Virus record (IMG/VR): IMGVR_UViG_3300019378_000951
Location: 64,001-128,000 of that record
DNA length: 64,000 nucleotides
Strand: one strand, 5' to 3'
From: a virus
Lineage: Duplodnaviria; Caudoviricetes
Under the pieces are notes generated by a model that saw only the letters and a list, made by a program, of their open reading frames with translations, had not been told where the DNA came from and ran no database searches. Made by a program: the position numbers and the translations under genes. This document shows positions 55,165-64,000 of this stretch, one piece after another (positions within the stretch are counted from its first letter, which is position 1; each line of letters begins with the position of its first letter).

Positions 55165-56787
55165 ATGTTTATTAAATTAGTTAAATTCATGGGAGAAATT
55201 GCTATACAAGCTGGTAAAGCTGTAAGTATAGTTTGTAATAAAGTTGCTAACGTAGTATTAACTAAACTTAAAAAGAAAGAAAAAGAAGTTAAAGAATTAA
55301 TGCCAACTGAAGAAAAAGACATAAAAGAAAAAGCGGATAGAATAGCAGAAGCTATAGGCATTTTTACTGTAGTAGATATAATATGGCATATGTTACAGAT
55401 AGATATCATTCTTAAAGTTTTAATAATATCTTTAATAGCTGATATAATATTAATTATATATAGAGCGGTAAACCATGTAAAACCAAATTTAGTTTAACGA
55501 TTATATTATAGAAGGTATTACCTTCTATTTTTTTGAAAGATTTTTAAACTATATACTATAAAAATGAAGTAAATTAGAAAGGGGATATATTTGTATGTAT
55601 AGTATTTATGAAGCATCATTAAAAGATCCTATAACAAAAATGTCTAGTGAAGATCAAGATAAATTACTAAAGATCTTAGAAAAGAAAAATGGAATATCTT
55701 TTAGTGATGAAAACAAAGTAACTGCTATATTAAAACACATATATTTACTTGATTTAAAAGATGCACATGATATTATAGAAAGATATATATCTCCTAAACC
55801 AAAGAAAGATAAATTAAAAAGGAGTGGTACTATGAAAAAATTAAAAGAATTTTTCAATAGCGAAATTGGTATTATTGTAAGTATTATTTTTCTATGTTCC
55901 ATAATAATATTCTTTGGATTAAAAAATCTTTAGGAGGTATTTTATATGTTTAGAAAAAATGTATATAGAACTGTAATTGAGATATTTGGATGGATTACTG
56001 CAATTGTATTGGTTTTAGGATTATTATATTTAGCAATAAATTTAATAGTAATGCTGCTACCAATATTAGCGATTATAGTAATTGTAGCTGTTGCAATATA
56101 CACAATAGGAGTTTTTAGAGGTAAAAAAAGATAATTAACATATGATAATAAATTAAGGAGGATAATAAAATTATGGGAGGTTTATAATATGATAAGTATA
56201 TTTGTATTAAGAACTAATAAAGGTGAATCTTTAGCAGAGATAACAATAGAACTTAGTAATAGAGAAGTGAATATAAAAAATTGTGTCAATATTAAAAATT
56301 ATAGTAGATTTTTATTAGGTAACAAATTTGATAATGAAGAGGTAATACAAGCTTTCGATTTTATAGATGAGATACAAGTATTTTATATGGAAAAAATTAA
56401 AAATCATAATAAAGCTATAGACATAATAAAGAGTATGTTAAGTTTAATAGCCAATTATTTTAATTTAGTTTTAGAATTTGAAAGCGAGCAATAGGAGGTT
56501 AATTTATGAGATTAAGATATAAAAATGGATATATAGTTGAACTTAATTTAGATGATGTAAGAGATTTTAAAGCTATTTTAAACATTGAAAAGTATTCTGA
56601 ATTCTTGTTAGGATACAATGGTGATAAAAAAGAAGTAATAAAAGCATTTGCATTTATTAATAATATAAATGAAGTATATCTAAGATACATGAAAGTTCCT
56701 TCACATAACAATCAAGGATTTAAAGAATATATAACAATAACTTTAGAGCTTATAGGTAACTATTTTGGTTTAGGATATGATATATAA
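55165..56787 (+). CDS. Five small hypothetical genes; 56189-56494 and 56506-56787 are paralogs
   Basis: Shared NIxxYSxFLLG...EVIxAFxFI...LIxNYFxL in the last two; TM helices in the others. Confidence 0.65.
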
Positions 56788-56808
56788 AAGAAATAGTTCC
56801 TTAAGGAA

Positions 56809-57684
56809 CTATTTCTTTATTTTTTTCTTAATTTTGTCAATACTTTCTCTGCTGCTATTATGGTTTTTAACTATTTTATTTAATTTATTTGTAGCATTTT
56901 GTTTTTTACTAGATTTTATAGTATTTGTAACTTTATTTACTTTTGTCCTATTATTATTATTTTGAGTTTTTACAATCTTTTCTATTGTTCTATAAGATTT
57001 ATTATTATTTTTTTTCTTAACTGTTAAGTTTTTATCGTTGTTATCTTCAGTTGGATCGTTATAAATATTAAGTTTTTTAGAAACTTTAGTATCATGAATT
57101 TTATTTATCATAGACATTAGTTTTACATCATAATTTGGATCTTCAGCCCATAATCCTGTAAGCTGTTTAACTGTCTTACATCTTCCATATAACCAAGATT
57201 TAGTATTGCCACTAATACCTGCGTATAATGCTAAATGATTTACTTGTGCTTGGAATCCGTCACTCCAACTGTCATAAACTGCATACTTATTAGTATTCTT
57301 TGCTGATTTCATGCCACAAGTATTATGTCCTCCAGACATAGCATTACCTTTACTTAGAAAGCTAGTTTCTAATGCGCACTGTACTGCTACTACAACTGGG
57401 TCTACACCTTTTTCAACAGATTTTTCCCATATAATAGGTAAAACCTCAAGGTATAAGTCACTAGCATTATTGTTTACTGCCCATTGATAAATTTGATCAT
57501 AGGAAGCTGAAGGCGGTTTAGCAATCAGCTCATTATCGCTAGTTCTGCTACTACCGCCTTCATGATAAGCATATGTAGTTGATTTCCCTGTGTCAAATTC
57601 AATATCTATATCAACATCAGAAATTAACAATATTGTGGAAATAATGACTGAGATTAGTACTAAAATTTTTATAAATTTTTTCAT
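56809..57684 (-). CDS. Glucosaminidase (GH73-like) with N-terminal signal/anchor and basic tail
   Basis: VDPVVVAVQCALETS, HNTCGMK, YDSWSDG, WAEDPNY. Confidence 0.85.
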   Translation of the reverse strand: MKKFIKILVLISVIISTILLISDVDIDIEFDTGKSTTYAYHEGGSSRTSDNELIAKPPSASYDQIYQWAVNNNASDLYLEVLPIIWEKSVEKGVDPVVVAVQCALETSFLSKGNAMSGGHNTCGMKSAKNTNKYAVYDSWSDGFQAQVNHLALYAGISGNTKSWLYGRCKTVKQLTGLWAEDPNYDVKLMSMINKIHDTKVSKKLNIYNDPTEDNNDKNLTVKKKNNNKSYRTIEKIVKTQNNNNRTKVNKVTNTIKSSKKQNATNKLNKIVKNHNSSRESIDKIKKKIKK

Positions 57685-57718
57685 TGTACTTCATCTCCTT
57701 TATTTCCATGAATACCTC

Positions 57719-58612
57719 CTACTTGTTTTTGTCTATAATATATTTTATCTTATCTACTCCTCTCTTATTTCGATTCATATTAGGTCCACCTAATATACAA
57801 AAACCGTTATCATCGAAACTACAAATTTTTCCATCAATTTTAACAACTTGATCAACTATAAATTTTCCATTATTTTTATATTTATATTTTTTATCCACTA
57901 AAATCCAGCCATTATCCACTTTATTGTTAATTTTACTAATGGTTCTATCATTATCTGATTTTTCTATTTTTTTGACAGTTCTTCCACCACGTAATTCAAT
58001 TTCATTTTTATTGTCTATAATTGGTGTTTCTATTGGTGTCATAGAACTTTTTTGTCTCTTTATTTCAGATTTTACTTTTTCTTTGAACTTATTCATATCT
58101 GTTCGGTGAGGACAATTTTTATTGGCAAAGTCTCTATGAGCTTTAACGTAAGTATCAACATCATTATCCCACCCATATTCGATGCATATGGCCGCTACAA
58201 CTTGTACTGCTCGCTCTTCTGCTTTTTCAAAATTGTCAGTACTATAGTCGCGAGATCTACATATTTCTATCCCAATAAAATTTCTGTTTCCATAATTATT
58301 TCCAGCATGCCAAGCACTTCTATTAAATGGTATTAATAGTAAAGCTTCGTTTTCATCAACTGCAACATGGAAACTTACTTTTTTATTGTTACTTTCCATA
58401 TACGATGCTTCATTCCTTGCAGACGCGGTATTCCAAGTATTATGCATACAAATACCTTTAGGTTTCATTTCATATGGAGCTTTAATACTATACTTTGATA
58501 CAGGTATTAATCTATTAGTAAGATACTGATTCTCGGCAAAAATATTGGTTGGAACTGATATTATTCCAACCAATACTAATAATGTAATTAATAATTTAAA
58601 TAATTTTTTCAA
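57719..58612 (-). CDS. N-acetylmuramoyl-L-alanine amidase (Amidase_2, CwlA/XlyA-like) with signal peptide
   Basis: GICMHNT, NEASYM, SFHVAVD, AWHAG, IGIEIC, AHRDF, KNCPH. Confidence 0.9.
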   Translation of the reverse strand: MKKLFKLLITLLVLVGIISVPTNIFAENQYLTNRLIPVSKYSIKAPYEMKPKGICMHNTWNTASARNEASYMESNNKKVSFHVAVDENEALLLIPFNRSAWHAGNNYGNRNFIGIEICRSRDYSTDNFEKAEERAVQVVAAICIEYGWDNDVDTYVKAHRDFANKNCPHRTDMNKFKEKVKSEIKRQKSSMTPIETPIIDNKNEIELRGGRTVKKIEKSDNDRTISKINNKVDNGWILVDKKYKYKNNGKFIVDQVVKIDGKICSFDDNGFCILGGPNMNRNKRGVDKIKYIIDKNK

Positions 58613-58617
58613 AAAAA

Positions 58618-59115
58618 TTACTGCTTTTTGAATAATATCTTATAGCTGCCAAGTAGCACAATACCAACTAACGATAGTTTCCATGGATCACATATAAATT
58701 CGATCCACAATTCAGCAAAATTTCCTAACTCAGGAGTTATTCCACATGCTAAAAGAATAACAGCTGCAACAACTACTGCATATAAACCTTTAAATGCCCA
58801 ATCAGAAAATCTGCCATTTAATTTTTTTGGTTGTTTTTCTTCGCAGTAGTTTTCAGCATACATAGTTCTAGATGTTTTAGAATGTCTACCAAAATATCTA
58901 CTCTTGCTATTAAGATCACGAATTTCTTTAACTGTTTTATTTATTTGCTTTACTGCAGCGTCTCTTTCTTCTGCAACTAACTCTCTGTCATTGTAAAGAA
59001 ACTCGTTTTCTTGTTGTAAATCTTCAACTTTGTCACAAACAGACTCAAATTCTCTAAGTGCTGCTCTATGTTTAGAGAATTCACTTTTAGAATAGTCTCT
59101 TGACAATCTAATCAC
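58618..59115 (-). CDS. Holin-like membrane protein (coiled coil plus two TM helices)
   Basis: First gene of a late operon with two lysins; two C-terminal hydrophobic helices. Confidence 0.5.
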   Translation of the reverse strand: MIRLSRDYSKSEFSKHRAALREFESVCDKVEDLQQENEFLYNDRELVAEERDAAVKQINKTVKEIRDLNSKSRYFGRHSKTSRTMYAENYCEEKQPKKLNGRFSDWAFKGLYAVVVAAVILLACGITPELGNFAELWIEFICDPWKLSLVGIVLLGSYKILFKKQ

Positions 59116-59254
59116 CCTTTCTTTTAAAATATTTTAGTCAATATAGAGATTAGTCATATCTCTATATAAGTATGTTCTCAATATTTTAATGCAGATTTTA
59201 AATATATATTATTTTATTGGTGGTAATAAAATTAAATGTGAAGGAGTGTTGTTT

Positions 59255-60486
59255 ATGAAAAATGTTTTTAATTATGGAGATGTAGTGTCAATATCAGGAC
59301 CTGCTAATGCAGTTAAATGTTTTAAAGGAACGTTAGTTTATGGATTTGGATTTGTTAATAAAGAAGATGGTGATAGTGTTCATTTAAAAGTTGGAGACAC
59401 TGGAATATATCAAGAATATGATGAATACGATCAATATTGTCTCGTTCAAATGGAAAATGGAGAATACGAAGGATGTATATTAGGGATAGATATAGAAGAT
59501 TTACAATTAAATTAGGTATGTTAATACAATTCGTTTATAATATTATTAAATTTAAAGGAGGAAATTAATATGATAAGAGCTTTAGAAACTATTATTATTA
59601 AAAATCTTCCAGTGGAAAAAATCAAATTTGATAATTTATATAACGACCTATATGTAACAGTTCTAGTTAATAATACACTAACAGAAAATGAAAAATTGTA
59701 TTTAGCATATGAAATTAATTCAGAGCTTATGTTAAATTATAAGTATCTAAAACGAATTAGTTCAGGTGTCATTTCCTCAATATCAATTAAAGACACAGAA
59801 GAAAAGTACAACGAAGAAGTTGAATATAATAATTATGATGGAGGAATAAGATATGAAATTTAAAGATATGAATGCTAAGGAATTATTAAGAGCTATAAGT
59901 GACATAATAAAAGAGCTAATTATGGGAGCTGACGATGAAATTGAATATGCTATTAGAAGTCAAATTGCTAAGAATGGAAAACTATCTAAAAAAGAATTTA
60001 ATGAGATAGAATCTGCGGCTTACCAAGCTTATAGAAGTACATTCAAAAGATTATCTGACAATTTTATAGATGACGACTTTTTAGAATATAGTCCTGAAGA
60101 CTTAATACAACAAGAAAACAATGTTAACGATGAAATTATATACGATGATAATGAAATTATATATAGTGATGAAGATGAAGTAATATACAAAGAAGATTTA
60201 GAAAATGGAGTCATAATAGGGCGAGATTGTAAATCTACAATCTCTGAAATTGTAAATGATTTTATAGAAAAAAGAAAGAATAAAAATGATGAGGAGGAAT
60301 GTTAATATGAAAAAAGGAATAATATTAAACGGAGGATATTTTGAAGATAGTAAAGGAAGATTAATAAATCTTAAAAAACATGAAGAAGTTGATATAATAC
60401 AAGTTAAAGGAAATTTTATAGTTGATTTTATATTTGAAGGCAAATTGTTTAAAAGTGATTTAAATTTTATAGAAATTATTAACTAA
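59255..60486 (+). CDS. Four small hypothetical genes
   Basis: Co-oriented RBS-led ORFs. Confidence 0.6.
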
Positions 60487-60551
60487 ATTATATTAAATTA
60501 GGGAAGTTAAATTTCCCTAATTTTTTTATATAATTATATGAATTATATGAG

Positions 60552-63427
60552 GTGAAAACATTGGATGAATATTGTATATCTAGAATTATTATAGAAAATT
60601 CGGATATAAACGGAAGATACTATTGGATTAACATTAAAAAAGATAGTTATACATGGATATTTATATATGATTCACTTAATAAAGATATTTTTAGCTGGAG
60701 AGTTAAATTTGATAATTATACGCCACAAGGTGTTGTAGATGAATATCAGATTAGACAAAGTTATGATGATCGAGATATAATTATATGGGTAATGGAAATG
60801 GATGCACCTAATCCTAATATGCCGCTATATTCAGATAGAGATGCTTTTATGGTGTGGTGGAATAATAATAAAGAAGAAATTTGTAATATTATTGATAAAA
60901 TGATTGTAGACATTATACTTTAAGGAGGCAATCAAATGGAAGATCCATTTTTTAATGAACTAAAAGTGTATGCAAATTTAGAACTATCATCTAAAGATGA
61001 AAGATATACGTGTATTATATTTGTATTAACATCTAAAATTGGTAGTAGTTTAACACATCCACTTATATATGATAAACATAATAATTCTTTATATAATTAT
61101 TGTACTAAGCCACATAAAGAATTTAAATTAAAAGAAGTTATTACTAACAGTGGCAATAATATCTTCATACTACCTGTTACGCCTGTTCTATCAAAAGAGA
61201 TTTCAAATTGGTGGGAATCATTGGATAATAAGGCAAAAACTGTGGAAAAATTAAGAGTTGATTCATTAATCTAAAAAAGGGGATAGATTTGAATGATAAA
61301 ACCTAAAAAAGTATCAAAAGATTATTCTGATAAAGACGGGAGATATTTTTGGATTCTATTTGAAGATTCTAGTATACCGATTTTATATGATTCAAAAACA
61401 AAGAAAGTTTATGATTGGTTATTACTGAATTTAAGAACAACCATAGAATTGGAATATAAGAAAGAATATAATAAAAGTATAATCGATAGCTATATTGATA
61501 ACACTGATATGCTGGTGGGTGTTTTTGAATTAGGTATATGTCGTAACAGAACTAAAATGTTAAACTGGTTATCAGATCAAGAGTCACTTAAAGAAATCGA
61601 AAAAATTGTTATAGATAGTATGCTATAAGGAGATTTACTTATGAATATTAATGTGAATTACGAACTTTCCGATAAGGATGAAAGATATTATGCTTTAAAT
61701 TTTAGTAATGCGACGTTTTCAGTGATATACGATAAAGATGAAAAACTATTATTAGATTGGTATTGCACTGATTTGACTGCAACTGACTATACATTTATTA
61801 ATAATTTTGGAGTCAAAGTTAAAACTGCGCCATTATCAGATACGAGATTTAGATTTATATTAGATATAATTGATTGGTGGGATAGTAACAAAGACAACAG
61901 AGACAAAATTATAAGAAAAGCGATAGTTGATAGTTTTATTTAATTAACAGGAGGGATAACTTTGTTTAAAATAAAAAATGTACTGATGCAGTGCTCTGAC
62001 CCGAATGAAAGATATTTTTGGATTGTATTTGATGATTTTTTAACGTATTCAAGATCTATGATTTACGATAAAGTAGACAAAAAATTATATGATTGGATAC
62101 TGCCAGTTTCACCAATTATATTTAAAAATTATAAAGAACGATTAATAGGTGAATATATTGATAATTCAGGCGATAAATTAATGTTGTATGAGTCTGACGA
62201 CCCAATATATAAATGGTTTGAAAATGATAAAGAAAAGAATATAAAGTATATAGAAAAAGCAATAATAGACGCAATGATATAAAATTAAATTAGTGGAGGC
62301 TAAGGATATGACTAATTCGCCATATATAAAAAATGTAAAAGTACTTTCAGAAAGAAGTGATAAAAATGGGAGATATTTTATGATAGAATTTGAAGGTACT
62401 TTTAATATTGGTATATATGATATTACTACTAGAGTTGTGTTTGATACAGAAACATTACAATTTTATGATTGGAATTTTAGTGTGTGGTATTTGTCTGGAT
62501 CTGAATATATTTTCATTGATCACTTTGTAACTAATGATGATAAAGAAATTGGAATAATTATAAATTCAAATGATAGATTATTTGAATTTATAAAAAATGA
62601 ATGGAAGAAAACTGAAGATAAAAGATTTATAAAAAAATTAATAATAGATTCTATGATATAAAGGGGATGGTATATAATGAATATTAAATTAACAAGAATA
62701 GATGCTTCAAGATCAGATAAAGACAATCGTTATTGGTTGGCTGTATTTAAAATTTTCAACGATGATGGATCTTTGCATGAGATTACAAGAGTTATATATG
62801 ATTCAGTAAGTAATAATTTGTATGGGTGGAATTACTCAAATTCAGAACAAAAACCTGAAAGTATTGATGAATTTAGTCTTTCCAGTCCAATATATGACGA
62901 TGGTCCATATTCTATATTAGTAGGCCTTAAACCTGAAAGAGATGAACAAGAAGTAATTGATTGGTGGGAAAGTTTAGACAACGAAACTAAAGAAAAAAAT
63001 GTTAAAGCTTTAGACAAGTTAATAGTTGAATCTATGTTATAGATATGAGGAGGGATTTATAATGTGGGAAGCTATTTGTTGTATAAATTATGCATCTGAC
63101 GTCAACAATCGTTATTATGTAATAAATGTAATCAACAAAAGTAATAATAATGAACCAACAACTAAAGCAACTATACTTTTTGATATAGAAACTAATAAAG
63201 TATATAATATGATGGCATCATCAAATTATAAAAACCGATATGGAAAAATCATAGATTATTATACAAGTAATATCAATACTTTAATGGCTGTAATAGAACC
63301 ATCTGAAGAGTCGCTCAATGATCAGTGGGACGTTATAAGAAATTCATCGTCTGCAATAAATTCTGTCTATGATAATTTACAATTTAAAAAAGATGCTAAA
63401 AAATTAATAATAGAATCTATATTATAA
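60552..63427 (+). CDS. Tandem array of eight paralogous 100-125 aa proteins
   Basis: Shared SDxxxRY(F/Y)...h(Y/F)D...hY(D/N/G)W...W...KhhhDShh* in ORFs at 60552, 60936, 61293, 61641, 61962, 62293, 62677, 63062. Confidence 0.85.
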
Positions 63428-63449
63428 AAATTTAGGGAGGTAATTCAAT

Positions 63450-64000
63450 ATGGAAGGTAAATTTATAAGTACTAGTAAAGGTTATGGATTTATTGAGATA
63501 GGCGAAGGTATGGATGATGTATTTGTTCCTCCTAGTAAAACTAAGTGTGCAATGTATGGAGACATTGTAGAATTTGAATTAATAGAAGACGAGAAATCGC
63601 CAAGAGGTAAAAACAGAAAGTATGTAGCTGAAGTAACGAAGATATTAAAACACAATGTAAGACAAGTTATAGGAACATTAGTAATAGATAGATTAAGACA
63701 TGCATTTGTAGTTCCTGATAATAAAGCTATAAGTACTGATATACACATTAATGATTATACTGGTTATGAAGATAAAGATAAAGTAATTGTAGACATAGTT
63801 TCATATCCACGAGACCCTGGATTCTGCCCTGAAGGTAGAATAAGAGAAAAGATAGGTGTTCATGGAGAGAAATTTGTAGAACTTAAATCTATAATTGAAA
63901 GATACGCATTAAGAGATGAATTCCCTGAAAAAGTTTTAAGAGAAGCTCTATCAGTATCTCAACAAGATATAAATGAAGAGTTAGAATATAGAACCGATTA
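63450..64000 (+). CDS. rnr: Ribonuclease R, N-terminal part (truncated by window end; not in ORF track)
   Basis: MEGKFISTSKGYGFI...DDVFVPP...AMYGDIV...AEVTKIL...AFVVPDNK...DIHI...PEGRIREKIG...FPEKVLREA. Confidence 0.88.
   Translation, partial: MEGKFISTSKGYGFIEIGEGMDDVFVPPSKTKCAMYGDIVEFELIEDEKSPRGKNRKYVAEVTKILKHNVRQVIGTLVIDRLRHAFVVPDNKAISTDIHINDYTGYEDKDKVIVDIVSYPRDPGFCPEGRIREKIGVHGEKFVELKSIIERYALRDEFPEKVLREALSVSQQDINEELEYRTD

Noticed and set aside
2565-63748. Many short antisense ORFs in the track (e.g. 3912-4157, 10712-11026, 20536-21072, 54449-55012, 63482-63748)
   Set aside because: S/F/L/I-rich shadows of A-rich sense genes, with no RBS
1-64000. Genome-wide stop-codon reassignment
   Set aside because: Long genes read through in code 11 and end at TAA or TAG next to terminators or the next RBS; fragmentation is explained by introns. 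Only the beta' intron B junction leaves a local question
1-64000. tRNA/rRNA genes, integrase, transposase, reverse transcriptase
   Set aside because: No cloverleaf, rRNA-like stretch or catalytic motif recognised by eye; the GGTTCGAA at about 30062 is inside intron 8. A tRNAscan run would be needed to exclude tRNAs fully

Overview
A very AT-rich 64 kb segment of a jumbo phage of the AR9/PBS1 (phiKZ-related) type, probably infecting a low-GC Firmicute such as a clostridium (strong GGAGGT RBSs, Gram-positive-type lysins; the host is inferred). The main feature is 11 group I introns that I mapped by hand. Eight lie in one phage RNA polymerase beta-like gene (23318-30910: 9 exons, micro-exons of 16, 20 and 26 nt, 1377 aa when spliced). 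Two lie in a beta'-C-terminal subunit gene (38612-40298, minus strand) and one in a MoxR-type AAA ATPase gene. Only three introns carry homing endonucleases. Late genes (virion, RNAP, lysis, two intron endonucleases) share an AACA-N6-TA motif matching the AR9 late promoter; early genes share (T/C)ATATTAT and an AAAATTAAATTAAATT-GGAGGT leader. The early region also holds a six-copy covarying double-hairpin element spaced about 0.6-0.8 kb apart, two long UUCG-capped hairpins and an eight-member tandem paralog array. Other genes include RNase H, RNase R, a PIN nuclease, a VWA partner of the ATPase, baseplate proteins, an Ig-repeat metalloprotease, a repetitive acidic/basic head-protein candidate and a lysis cassette. 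All calls come from reading motifs; no database searches were run.
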